From contig JALHMV010000003.1 of NCBI GenBank assembly GCA_022843855.1, positions 6,560-70,559 of the forward strand: a stretch of 64,000 nt of DNA, written 5' to 3'. The DNA comes from Patescibacteria group bacterium. Its GTDB lineage: Bacteria > Patescibacteriota > UBA1384 > 2-12-FULL-50-11. The notes below the pieces were generated by a model. That model was not told the origin of the DNA and searched no databases. It was given only the letters and a program-made list of their open reading frames with translations. The translations under genes and the position numbers were made by a program. Below, piece by piece: positions 25,190 through 34,827 of this stretch. Position 1 is the stretch's first letter. Each line of letters begins with the position of its first letter.

Positions 25190-26226
25190 TGGCAACACTA
25201 ACTGAAATCATTGCCCGCGCCGAACAGCTTGCTGTTGGGCGCGGCATTGATCCCCATCAAAGCCAGCTGATCGATTCGGAAATGACCGCCGAGACGATCA
25301 TGCCGCACGCTCTCCGATACGTGATCCGAAAGCAGATCGCGGAGGAGCCGGGTGCGCTCAACAACCTCGTCCGTGAACAGTTCATCGACCTCACCAACGG
25401 TGAGGGCGTTCTCGATGAGACGTTCATGCGGGAATATCTCGATTCTTCGTACATCACCGGCAAGCCTTATGCGTCACTCGTGCCGTACACGGATTTCGAC
25501 CGCCAGCGGTACGACAATCTGATCTGTTACTACACGGCGAGCGGGCTCAAGTTCCGGACGAGCTGCGGCGCTGACGATCCCACGGAAACCCCGGTCCCGA
25601 ATAATGGTGAGATGGACGCGACCGCAGACTTTACGGTCATGATCGCCCCATCGGCGAACTTCTCGGTCGATAACAAGGACAATCGGTTGCAGATCACGGA
25701 TGGGACAACGCTCGTGTTCGACGGGTTCGTTGACGATGCCAACTCGGCGACGGAGCTGGAGCTGCGGGGCCGCAATCTGGCGACGACATCGGCCGGAAAT
25801 GCGATCATCTGGAGCCAGGTCGATTACATCACGCTCCGCGAACATGACGCCACGGTCACGACGACGGCGTTCTCGAACGTGGTCAACGTCACCAACGGCC
25901 GCTTTACCAGCCGCGACATCGGACGGCGATACACCATCACGGATAATACCGGCGCGATCGTCGTCGATGCGATCATCACGGCGGTCAACTCGCTGACACA
26001 GATCGAACTTGGGGCAAAGGTCCTGGCTGCCGGCAGCAACCTGCATGGATCGGTCCGTGGCCTCGGTGTGTACCTGAACATTCCGTCGTTCCCGTCGACC
26101 GACCTCGACGCGGACGAGGAGCTCGATATCTCGGAAAAGCTCGTTGACGATGTGGTCGTTACTATCGCTGCGGTACTGACCGGCGACATTCGCTTCGATC
26201 AGCTTTTGAATTACAAAATGCAATGA
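25189..26226 (+). CDS. hypothetical virion-module protein
   Basis: Track ORF with TAATG coupling. Confidence 0.35.
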   Translation: MATLTEIIARAEQLAVGRGIDPHQSQLIDSEMTAETIMPHALRYVIRKQIAEEPGALNNLVREQFIDLTNGEGVLDETFMREYLDSSYITGKPYASLVPYTDFDRQRYDNLICYYTASGLKFRTSCGADDPTETPVPNNGEMDATADFTVMIAPSANFSVDNKDNRLQITDGTTLVFDGFVDDANSATELELRGRNLATTSAGNAIIWSQVDYITLREHDATVTTTAFSNVVNVTNGRFTSRDIGRRYTITDNTGAIVVDAIITAVNSLTQIELGAKVLAAGSNLHGSVRGLGVYLNIPSFPSTDLDADEELDISEKLVDDVVVTIAAVLTGDIRFDQLLNYKMQ

Positions 26227-28625
26227 TCCAACGCATCCCGCTACTCGGGGCAGAATTCATGCCGACGACGTCGGTCTCAGGAAGCGAACCGCAGACGATC
26301 TATCGCGGCCGCAATGCCGTTGTCCGCAATCTCGGCATCATCCCGTACGTCGAAGTGTTCCAGGGCAACAAGGATCTACAGCAAAGCTACGCTCTCGGCG
26401 ACCATACGCTTACCGGCACCGCGTCGTTCACCGCGGGCAGCACAACGGTCACCGGAGCAGGAACATCGTTCCTCGACGACGTCGTGCCGGGAATGTTCCT
26501 CCTCATCGGCGACGAAGTTTTTGTCGTCAACACGGTCGAAAGCAATATCATCTTCATCGCAGACCGGGCTCCGACGACGACCGCGGCAGGGCAAACCATC
26601 TATGGGCTGCTCCGGCTGTTCGAGCTCGACCGAAAACGCGGCGTGCTGCGACGAGGGAGTGCGATCGTCCGCGAACGCAAGGACATCACATTCGTCGGCC
26701 GCGGCAAGTTCTACATCGACGGAGCTGATACCGGCTTCGTGGCCACATCGACACCGAAGCGGCTTCAACGGGCCCCGAACGGCACCTACACAGAGTTTCC
26801 GCTCGGCTTTCCGGACGCTCCTCCGGCACCGGTATTCGATATGCACTCGGGCGGATGGAAAGGCATGTTCGGGGGCAAATACTCGTTCATGGCGAGCTGG
26901 TGGAACTCGCAGACAAAAGGGTTTTCAAATCCTTCTCCGCGGGTGAAAGAGAACTCACTCTCTGTTCAGCTTGAGATCGGACTCTCGGGGCGTTTCAGCG
27001 TCGATGTCACCAACCTGCTCTCGATCAAGCCGGCAAATGCGGACGGCGTCCGTATTTGGGGAACGCTCTCGGGCGGCGGCGTAAGCGGCGTGAATCTCGA
27101 GAATTTTCAGACGGGAGCATTGCTGCTCGTCAAGGACATGCCGTTCGCAGGAAAGACCATCACCGCGATCGACACCGGCGACGACTCGCTCACTATTCCG
27201 GATCACGACTTCAAGCCCGGCGATTTCGTCCATTACATCCGAACGGGCGGCACGACCGACGCTGCTCCGCTAGTGAGCAATACCGGCTATTGGGTTTTCG
27301 TCAAGGACCGCAACACGGTCCGCCTGGCATCGAGCGTGGCCAACTTTAAGGCGAATACCGTGGTCAATCTGACCGGTGCGGGCGACGGCACGCAGACGCT
27401 CGGATTTTTCAACACGAGCGATCAGGCGTTCTTCGAGTACCTCGATTACGAAATGGGCATCGTCGCTACGGGCGACAACGACCAGCCGCCTGAATGTGAA
27501 TGGGTGGCGGACTACGCCAACCGGCCGTTCTACATTTCCTGCTTCGGGAACCGAAAGACCGCGGGCGGGCTCGGCTCGGCACCGGGTAACTTCGTCGTTC
27601 CGGGCAAGGACTCGAATCCCGAGGCGGCGCCGTTCCGGTGGCGAGTGAGCGTCGAGGATCCGATCACCGGATGGGCCAAAGGGCTCGGCCGTCTGTTCTG
27701 CCAAACGCCAACAGGCGTCTGGTTCGTCACGCCGACCGGCCGCACCGAGCTGGCCCGCTTCACGGCAACACCGCTCGATTCGCCGTTCACATCGCGGCCT
27801 CTCTGGACCAAGGGAGCGATTTCGCCATACAACATCACCGTCGTCCAGGCGGATGTTTATTCAGTGTCTGGTGGGCAGCCTTACCGCTCGCCGTCGCTGG
27901 CGGATGATCGGCAAAGCCCGTTCGAGATCGGAAAGTTTGTCCGCGACCTGATGCGGAATATGACGGACGGCTATCTGCTGGTTGTGTCGGACCCGAAGAA
28001 CACGCAGCTCTGCATCATCATGTCGGCGGTGCGTAAGAATGGCTCGGGCTATTGGGAATCGGAGATCCTGCCGCTCGACCTCTCGACCAACCCCGGCTCG
28101 TGGCAGCCAAAGATCGTGCTCTCGTCCACGACGGGCGACATGATCGTCAGCGGAGCGGCGATCGTCAACAATCGACTCGAGTTTCTTGCCGGTGGCCGGC
28201 AATCGGTCGGCAGTCCGGTGATGCGAACGTACCGCTATGATGAACGGGCCGGATCGGGATCGATCCCATGGTCGATCGCATTTCAGCCAAGCGATATGAA
28301 CGAGGAAGCAAAGGCGAAGTTCATTCGCTCATTCCGGGCGACCGGGCGTTTGACGGATCCGGTCGTTCAGGTCCACGGCACGACCTGGGCGAATCGGACG
28401 CTAAACCCGGACGATATCGAGCTCGGGCTTAACAGCATTTCCGGCAATATCCCGCTCCAAGCATCGGGCGGCATTGCCCGGAACTTCGAGGTCCGTCACA
28501 TGGTCAAGAATCTCGGCCTCGCTTCGATCCGTCTCGCGGGAACGTGGGTGGACACAGGCACCAATCTCCCCGACCGGCTGGACGAGCTTGTCGTCGAGGT
28601 TGGAACACACGGTACAGGACAATAA
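26223..28625 (+). CDS. large tail/virion structural protein candidate (800 aa)
   Basis: Size and position in the structural module. ATGA coupling. Confidence 0.4.
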   Translation: MIQRIPLLGAEFMPTTSVSGSEPQTIYRGRNAVVRNLGIIPYVEVFQGNKDLQQSYALGDHTLTGTASFTAGSTTVTGAGTSFLDDVVPGMFLLIGDEVFVVNTVESNIIFIADRAPTTTAAGQTIYGLLRLFELDRKRGVLRRGSAIVRERKDITFVGRGKFYIDGADTGFVATSTPKRLQRAPNGTYTEFPLGFPDAPPAPVFDMHSGGWKGMFGGKYSFMASWWNSQTKGFSNPSPRVKENSLSVQLEIGLSGRFSVDVTNLLSIKPANADGVRIWGTLSGGGVSGVNLENFQTGALLLVKDMPFAGKTITAIDTGDDSLTIPDHDFKPGDFVHYIRTGGTTDAAPLVSNTGYWVFVKDRNTVRLASSVANFKANTVVNLTGAGDGTQTLGFFNTSDQAFFEYLDYEMGIVATGDNDQPPECEWVADYANRPFYISCFGNRKTAGGLGSAPGNFVVPGKDSNPEAAPFRWRVSVEDPITGWAKGLGRLFCQTPTGVWFVTPTGRTELARFTATPLDSPFTSRPLWTKGAISPYNITVVQADVYSVSGGQPYRSPSLADDRQSPFEIGKFVRDLMRNMTDGYLLVVSDPKNTQLCIIMSAVRKNGSGYWESEILPLDLSTNPGSWQPKIVLSSTTGDMIVSGAAIVNNRLEFLAGGRQSVGSPVMRTYRYDERAGSGSIPWSIAFQPSDMNEEAKAKFIRSFRATGRLTDPVVQVHGTTWANRTLNPDDIELGLNSISGNIPLQASGGIARNFEVRHMVKNLGLASIRLAGTWVDTGTNLPDRLDELVVEVGTHGTGQ

Positions 28626-28873
28626 TGGCACGCGACCCGCACACAGATCCCGATATGATCCAGGCGCTCGAACTCGACCCCGAGAACGAGCTGCTTCTGG
28701 TCGAATACGCACTTCAGACCGGAGGCGTGCAGCTCGGCCTCACCAATTCCGGTGGCGGCCCGGCATTGCCGCAGATCGACGCGGCCGACAGCCTCCTTGA
28801 GATCGCCGGCATCGGCGGCGGCCCGATCGCCGGCGAGCTGCCGATCAATCCACAGGGAGGGCCGGACGTATGA
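28625..28873 (+). CDS. hypothetical small Gly-rich protein
   Basis: ATG overlaps the previous TAA. In frame with track ORF 28544..28873. Confidence 0.3.
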   Translation: MARDPHTDPDMIQALELDPENELLLVEYALQTGGVQLGLTNSGGGPALPQIDAADSLLEIAGIGGGPIAGELPINPQGGPDV

Positions 28874-29364
28874 TGGAATGGCGTGAGCTGCGACAAAACG
28901 GACTGATCTACGAGCACTTACCCGCTATCTGGAAAGCAGAGCGGGCAATGCCGCGATGGTTCCGCGATGCCGCTAAGACGTTCACGCGTAGCCTCCCCGA
29001 GTACGTGACGCAGATCGACACGTATGCGGCCGTTCACGGACTCTTTGACGGCGACCAGCTCGTCCTCGCCGTTTACTTCGAACCACAGGAAGTTCAGGGC
29101 CTTCAATTCATCCATTTAAGCGTGCTCGACCATGCTAAGGCGGCGACGGCGGATGCCGTCGCTCAAATGCGGAAGCTTCGCGACCGAACGCTGACCGCGG
29201 GAGCTCGAATCATTCGCTGCTGGCCGCTCCGCAAGAACCGCGGCGTGATCGCGATCCTAAACGCCATTGATTTCGCATCAACCGGCTTGTTCATGGACCT
29301 CGGACAGTCACGCGGCCGGATCCTGCGATGGGAAATGATGGAGGTACGCCGTGCCCTTCGTTGA
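28870..29364 (+). CDS. hypothetical protein
   Basis: Track ORF. Confidence 0.35.
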   Translation: MMEWRELRQNGLIYEHLPAIWKAERAMPRWFRDAAKTFTRSLPEYVTQIDTYAAVHGLFDGDQLVLAVYFEPQEVQGLQFIHLSVLDHAKAATADAVAQMRKLRDRTLTAGARIIRCWPLRKNRGVIAILNAIDFASTGLFMDLGQSRGRILRWEMMEVRRALR

Positions 29365-29590
29365 TCCCTTAGCCCGGGTGCGGGTGATCACGGACATCGA
29401 GCATCGGTCGCAGGCCGCAGCCGATGAGGCCGTCGACGGACTGACGGCGGCGGACATTGCCTTTGATAATTCGGGCGGGTCGCTGGTGGCCTCAAACGTC
29501 CAGTCGGCGATCGATGAGCTTGAGTCGCTTTCCGGTGGCGGAAGCGGGTCGGGCGGCTTCGTGGAGCCCTTTCTGTTAATGGGAGCATAG
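29351..29590 (+). CDS. small protein with tail-fibre N-terminal-like motif (IAFDNSGGSLVASNVQSAIDELE)
   Basis: Motif resemblance only. Confidence 0.3.
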   Translation: MPFVDPLARVRVITDIEHRSQAAADEAVDGLTAADIAFDNSGGSLVASNVQSAIDELESLSGGGSGSGGFVEPFLLMGA

Positions 29591-29920
29591 ATGCCGATCG
29601 CATATAAAATATTGGGACAACAGAGCCCGTCCGCGTCGGTCGAAACGGATCTTTACACAGTGCCGGCCGCGACGCAGGCCGTCGTGTCGTCTTTAGTGAT
29701 ATGCAATCGGAGTGGTTCGTCGACGACGTTCCGTGTGTCGGTCTCGGCAGGTGGTGGGGCGACAGTAAATAAGGACTACCTGTATTTCGATATTGCGATC
29801 CCGGCCTACGAAACCTTCATTGCTACGGTCGGGCTTTCCCTAGGGACTGGCGATAAGGTGCGCGTTCTTGCGGCAAGTGCTGATCTCAGTTTCAACTTAT
29901 TCGGGAGCGAGGTGACGTAA
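29591..29920 (+). CDS. hypothetical protein
   Basis: Track ORF. Confidence 0.35.
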   Translation: MPIAYKILGQQSPSASVETDLYTVPAATQAVVSSLVICNRSGSSTTFRVSVSAGGGATVNKDYLYFDIAIPAYETFIATVGLSLGTGDKVRVLAASADLSFNLFGSEVT

Positions 29921-29921
29921 A

Positions 29922-32120
29922 ATGGCTCAAGGGTTTGCAGGATCAGGACAAAGCGTTACGGTCAATGTCGGCGGGGCCACGAATACTCTCGGTATGTCGA
30001 ACCTCGGCAATACGGCCGGGACCTCGGGTGTTATTTCTGGCTCTAATCTTCAGATGCTGTTTGCGGGTGGAAGCAATGTTACGCTTTCGCAGTCCATTAA
30101 CGGAGCGAGTGCCACGTTATCCATCGCAGCTCAGTCGCAGAGCGTTCAGACACAGAACATGGTCTCGCTGCTTGGATCGACCGGAAACATCAGCCTGGAC
30201 AATGCCAACGGGATCACGTTCGGCGGGAACGCATCGACGATCACCGCTTCGCATAACGCACTGACCTCGCAAAGTGTCCAAACACAGAGCAACGTCCAGG
30301 GCATTTCGGCAGGGACTGGCGTCGGCCGGACCGGGGACATTATTTTCGCAGACTCGAACGGCATAAGTTTCGGGCTGAGCGGAGGCAGCCGGGTCACAGC
30401 CAGTTACACCGTTCCCGCGGTGCCGGCCCAAACGGTCGAATCGCAGACGTTCGGTATGTCGAACTTGGGTAACACCTCCGGAACCTCGGGGGTGGCGTCA
30501 GGCGGACAGGTTCGTGTCTTATTCGCGGGCGGCAATAACATAACACTCTCGCAGTCACTCAACGGGGCAAGCGCGACCATCACCGTTTCAGCATTTAACC
30601 AGAGCGTCCAGACGCAGAACCTTGTAAGCCTATTGGGTTCGACGGGAGCCATCTCTTTACAGAACTCCAACGGTATTACCTTCGGGGGCAATAACTCGAC
30701 CATCACGGCGAGTCACAACGGCCTGACCTCTCAATCGAATCAAGCGGTAAGTGCGGCTAATGGTTCATCGACATTTCAAACGCTTTCATTGGCTAACTCT
30801 AATGGTGTATCGTTCTCCACGGGGACGCAGGGGCTTTATGCGTCACACAACGGGCTCACCTCTCAGAGCGGACAAGCTCTATCAGGATCGAACGGTTCGT
30901 TCGCATTCCAGACCGCGACATTTGGCAACTTGAATGGGGTCTCATTCTATTCGTCTAACGGCTCTTTGGTGGCGTCACACAACGGCCTGACCTCTCAATC
31001 GAATCAGCAATTGAGTGCCTACGCGGCCGGGAACACGACACAGTCCTCGTCTGGGGCACTGAACGCCTCTAACTTATCGTTCCGCGGAGAGGGCGTAGCG
31101 AGCGTCGGCGTGTCCAACGGAAGCGTTGTTGTGAGCGTTCCTTCTGGCGGCGGAGGGGCGGGAACGAATACTCTCGGCATGTCCAATCTAGGAAATACCG
31201 TAGGGACAAGTGGCGTCATATCAGGCACGAACTTAGCGATGTATCTCGCGGGTGGGAATAACGTCACCCTTTCACAATCCATAAACGGATCAAGTGCGAC
31301 ACTATCTATTAGTGGGCAGAACGTGGATGTGTCTATTGGAATGGATGCTGCCGGCAACACGTTAGGTGAGGCCGGCCTGGTAGGGCTCGGGAATGCCGGC
31401 AGGTTTCAGTTTGTCGGCGGGAGCAACATCACGCTTTCACAGTCCTTGCAAACGTCGATCAATCGCGGAACGATCACCATCATCGGCCCAACTCCGGGCG
31501 GCGGCGGCGGATACAGCCTGTTTGACTACCAGAACATCGACCGTATTTCGATGAACAACATCACGAATATGACGGCGACGGGGGTAACGCAGAGACCGAT
31601 ATTGATACCATTTGAATTGGGCGGATCGCTTACTCACAACGCCTTACACTTTGAGGCATCAAGAGCGACGAACGGCTCTAACGCATTTACGGTTCAGGCG
31701 GCACTCTATACATTCGTTGCGTCCAATTCCATCTCCAGGCTTGCGTCATTACAGAACGTCTTTTCCAACACCGATACCGGATCAATTTCAGGTGTGAGGT
31801 TGTTTCGATTAACAGGATGGGAGACGGCGGGAACGGCTCTTACCCCCGGTCATTATGTGATGATGTTATACGCATCAGCAACAGCTACGGCGTCAATGAA
31901 TTATTCGTGGAGAGGCGGAGGCACGGTTGCTCCGCCCGTGGGACTGATCGGTGGCGGAACGGACGCAGTGACCACAGCCAACCTTTCAAGCGTGTCGTGG
32001 AAGGGATTTAACGGGCGCTACACAGCCACCACAATATCACCGCCCGACGCGATACACATTAGTCAGGTTCAACAGTGGACTTCTGGCGGTTCAATATACT
32101 TCAATTTAGCGAGGACTTAA
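29922..32120 (+). CDS. tail fibre / tailspike-like protein with complex internal protein repeats
   Basis: Ser/Gly/Asn/Thr-rich. Repeated blocks GMSNLGNTxGTSGVxSG...AGGxNxTLSQSxNGASAT and NGITFGGNxSTITASHNxLTSQS recur several times. Confidence 0.5.
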   Translation: MAQGFAGSGQSVTVNVGGATNTLGMSNLGNTAGTSGVISGSNLQMLFAGGSNVTLSQSINGASATLSIAAQSQSVQTQNMVSLLGSTGNISLDNANGITFGGNASTITASHNALTSQSVQTQSNVQGISAGTGVGRTGDIIFADSNGISFGLSGGSRVTASYTVPAVPAQTVESQTFGMSNLGNTSGTSGVASGGQVRVLFAGGNNITLSQSLNGASATITVSAFNQSVQTQNLVSLLGSTGAISLQNSNGITFGGNNSTITASHNGLTSQSNQAVSAANGSSTFQTLSLANSNGVSFSTGTQGLYASHNGLTSQSGQALSGSNGSFAFQTATFGNLNGVSFYSSNGSLVASHNGLTSQSNQQLSAYAAGNTTQSSSGALNASNLSFRGEGVASVGVSNGSVVVSVPSGGGGAGTNTLGMSNLGNTVGTSGVISGTNLAMYLAGGNNVTLSQSINGSSATLSISGQNVDVSIGMDAAGNTLGEAGLVGLGNAGRFQFVGGSNITLSQSLQTSINRGTITIIGPTPGGGGGYSLFDYQNIDRISMNNITNMTATGVTQRPILIPFELGGSLTHNALHFEASRATNGSNAFTVQAALYTFVASNSISRLASLQNVFSNTDTGSISGVRLFRLTGWETAGTALTPGHYVMMLYASATATASMNYSWRGGGTVAPPVGLIGGGTDAVTTANLSSVSWKGFNGRYTATTISPPDAIHISQVQQWTSGGSIYFNLART

Positions 32121-32863
32121 TGGAGGCGAAGATCATCGTTCCCAACTTTGAAGGGAGCCACAATAAGGATCTGCTTGCGTCGGCGGCGAGGCTGACGCGC
32201 GGCGGGACGTATCAAGACCTGTCAACTATCATCATCTGTCCAACGCGGGGTGTAATACCCGCGACGGTAGTGCAGTCGTGGATGGGGCTGATGAGGCCGA
32301 TGAACCAAAAAGTGGTCGGGCCGATCTTTATTCAAGGTATGGAGGTCGGGGCGGCATACGAAGCGGCGATCGATATGATAACGGCGCAGCCTGAGCTCGC
32401 GTCGTACAAATACGTTATGACCATTGAAGAGGATAACTGTCCGCCGCCAGACGGCTTAATGAAGCTCTACGAAAGCATCGAGGGTAAGATCGATGGGGCA
32501 AAATACGATTGTGTCGGCGGGCTTTACTGGACCAAGGGCGAACACGGCCAACCGATGTGTTACGGCGATCCGAATGTAATGCCGAGAAATTTTATTCCGC
32601 AGATACCTAACCCGGAGGGCGTGACGCCGGCAAATGGCCTCGGCATGGGTTTCAACCTTTGGAGAATGAGCATCTTTCTCGACGGTAGGGTGCAGCGTCC
32701 GCTGTTCCGCACCGTGCAAGAGGTCGTACCGGGCGTTGGGGCCCGGGCGTACACGCAGGATCTGTGGGCATTTGAGCAGCTTGCCGGATGGGGGTATAAG
32801 TTTGCCTGTGACGGTCGGGTTCGCGTCGGGCACTGGGATCAGCAGAATCAGATAATGTGGTGA
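32120..32863 (+). CDS. putative glycosyltransferase (GT-A-like)
   Basis: TIIICPTRG strand and EED acidic motif resemble the family-2 GT N-terminus. TAATG coupling to the tail fibre gene. Weak. Confidence 0.35.
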   Translation: MEAKIIVPNFEGSHNKDLLASAARLTRGGTYQDLSTIIICPTRGVIPATVVQSWMGLMRPMNQKVVGPIFIQGMEVGAAYEAAIDMITAQPELASYKYVMTIEEDNCPPPDGLMKLYESIEGKIDGAKYDCVGGLYWTKGEHGQPMCYGDPNVMPRNFIPQIPNPEGVTPANGLGMGFNLWRMSIFLDGRVQRPLFRTVQEVVPGVGARAYTQDLWAFEQLAGWGYKFACDGRVRVGHWDQQNQIMW

Positions 32864-32864
32864 T

Positions 32865-33410
32865 ATGGCAACGAAAGCACAAAAAACAAAAGAACAGCCC
32901 GCTCCCGTAAGGATAGACCTCGGGTGCGGGAACAACAAACGCGAGGGCTTCACAGGGGTCGACCTTATTAAGACTGACGCGGTCGACATTGTATTTGACC
33001 TCGACAGGCCGAAGTGGACGTTCGCGAAGGACAACTCGGTGGACGAGATCCATTGCAGCCACTTCATTGAGCATACCGCGGACCTTATCGCCTTCATGGG
33101 CGAGTGCCACCGCATTCTCAAACCAGGTGGCCAAATGGTCGTCATTGCGCCTTATTATACTTCTATACGATGTTGGCAGGATCCGACGCACAAGAGGGCG
33201 ATCAGTGAGCACACCTTCCTGTATTTCAACAGGCAGTGGCGGGAAATGAACGGGCTGACGCACTACCCGATCGACACTGACTTTGACTTCAACTTCAATT
33301 ATTTTCTTGATCCCGCCTGGGCAGCCCGGAGCGACGAAGCAAAGGCATTCGCCATTAAGCACTACTGGAATGTCGTATCCGACATTCAGGTCGCCCTAAC
33401 CAAGCGATAA
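32865..33410 (+). CDS. class I SAM-dependent methyltransferase
   Basis: Motif I IDLGCGNNK. Also VDEIHCSHFIEH and LKPGGQMVV (methyltransf_11-like). Confidence 0.65.
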   Translation: MATKAQKTKEQPAPVRIDLGCGNNKREGFTGVDLIKTDAVDIVFDLDRPKWTFAKDNSVDEIHCSHFIEHTADLIAFMGECHRILKPGGQMVVIAPYYTSIRCWQDPTHKRAISEHTFLYFNRQWREMNGLTHYPIDTDFDFNFNYFLDPAWAARSDEAKAFAIKHYWNVVSDIQVALTKR

Positions 33411-33498
33411 CAGGGCGCCAAGGACTACTCGATAGCGGGGATCTAGCCCCGCGAAACCGTAAACTCGTTGCGTTTCACGCGGTGAAGTGCTATTTTTC

Positions 33499-33575
33499 TT
33501 GACAACCTGAAGCGGCCGTACGGCCCGAACCGGATGAAAGCTCCGCAGCTCAAATTTGAGCTGCGGAGCTTTTTC
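33499..33575 (+). promoter_or_regulatory. copy B of the conserved box + terminator-like hairpin element (with TTGACA just upstream)
   Basis: See copy A. Hairpin AAAGCTCCGCAGCTCA-AATT-TGAGCTGCGGAGCTTTTT. Confidence 0.5.
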
Positions 33576-33590
33576 TCATTGGAGTCACAG

Positions 33591-34067
33591 ATGGGGAAAA
33601 AAAAGACCACCACGACAACTAAAAACACGCACGGTTACGTGCCGTACCAGGACACTCAGGACACCAAGTGGGCCCGCGGGCTTGTCCGCGAAGGTGCTGA
33701 CTTCACCTCTCCGCTGGCATTTGCCTACGGCCAGGCCGAGAACGACATCGACAATCAGGTGTTCGAGCAAGACCTGCCCGAGCCTGCCCGCAACAAGGTC
33801 AAAGCCGGCCAGCTCTTCAATATCCGGATGCAGAAGGGGGCAGCGCTCTCCGATGCTCGATCGCGGGAGCACATGGCCAAGACCAGCGGGGCAATGAACC
33901 TCGCCAACATGACGCAGGACAAGTTCGTCCAGACGGGCGGCACGCAAACGACCGTCCAGCCGTTCGATTGGGGCGGAATGCTCACTCAAGGTTTGATGGG
34001 CGGAGCGATGCTGGCGTCGGCGATACCGACCGGAGGGGCGTCGGTCGGCGCGGCCGGAGCTGCGTAA
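33591..34067 (+). CDS. hypothetical protein with Gly-rich hydrophobic C-terminus (possible internal/ejection protein)
   Basis: ATG 33591 in the conserved context GGAGTCACAGATG, shared with the gene after copy C. Confidence 0.4.
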   Translation: MGKKKTTTTTKNTHGYVPYQDTQDTKWARGLVREGADFTSPLAFAYGQAENDIDNQVFEQDLPEPARNKVKAGQLFNIRMQKGAALSDARSREHMAKTSGAMNLANMTQDKFVQTGGTQTTVQPFDWGGMLTQGLMGGAMLASAIPTGGASVGAAGAA

Positions 34068-34074
34068 GCGTGAT

Positions 34075-34827
34075 ATGACCAAACTCGACCAGCTTAAAGA
34101 GCGAGTCAGCGAGACCTTCACCACGAATGCCGCGTTGTGGTTTTCGGGCGGCAAGGACTCGCTGCTGCTCTATCACGTTGCCCGAAGCCTCGGGGTTACC
34201 GTGAATCTTCTTCGTTTCGATGATGGCTGGTCAGCCCTGCAAAAGAACCTCGTGTACAAGCTCCTGGCTCGCGAACGGGCGGCACTCTACAGCTACCGGC
34301 CGGTGCGCGGAATGATGGTCGGGAACGCGAACAAGGACACTGCCTTCATCTCGTTCTATCCGATCGGCCCCGAAGGACAGTGCCTCCCGGTGATCCGCGA
34401 CATGGTCCACGGTGAACGCTGCTCGTTTGACGTCGGGATCAGGTTCGAGAACGATCGGGTGACGCCACCGGTCCGCTTCAAAACCCACGTGCTCGGCACC
34501 AAGCGGACCGACCGCCACTTCATTTGGGGCGATCTGCCTCTCGCTCCGAGCGACCGGATGGATCTCGGCTACGCGGTCCTCGATTTTCCGCTTTATGAGT
34601 GGACGGACGACGAGGTTGTCGATGTCCTTCGTCAGCTCAACATTCCCTACGAAAAGCCAAGCGAAACACGTGATACCGGCAATATCGCGGCGTGCACGGC
34701 ATGTTTGAGGCCGGGCGTGGGCCCGGTGTTCTGCCCGAAGGCCAAGACTGACATCGAGCGTGTCGAATGGTCGCCAACTGCAAACCTCGAAGCAGCTCGC
34801 AAAATTATCGGAGTACCTGAGCAATGA
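34075..34827 (+). CDS. PAPS-reductase-like / PP-loop ATP pyrophosphatase family protein
   Basis: PP-loop motif LWFSGGKDS. C-terminal Cys cluster. Confidence 0.65.
   Translation: MTKLDQLKERVSETFTTNAALWFSGGKDSLLLYHVARSLGVTVNLLRFDDGWSALQKNLVYKLLARERAALYSYRPVRGMMVGNANKDTAFISFYPIGPEGQCLPVIRDMVHGERCSFDVGIRFENDRVTPPVRFKTHVLGTKRTDRHFIWGDLPLAPSDRMDLGYAVLDFPLYEWTDDEVVDVLRQLNIPYEKPSETRDTGNIAACTACLRPGVGPVFCPKAKTDIERVEWSPTANLEAARKIIGVPEQ

Noticed and set aside
29976-31320. Possible CRISPR-like or tandem DNA repeat in the tail fibre gene
   Set aside because: The repeats are at the protein level with diverged DNA, irregular spacing and inside a coding frame. Not a CRISPR array.
33433-33450. GCGGGGATCTAGCCCCGC hairpin after the methyltransferase gene as a terminator
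   Set aside because: No U-tract follows it. It is only 50 nt ahead of copy B of the conserved element, which already supplies a terminator-like hairpin.
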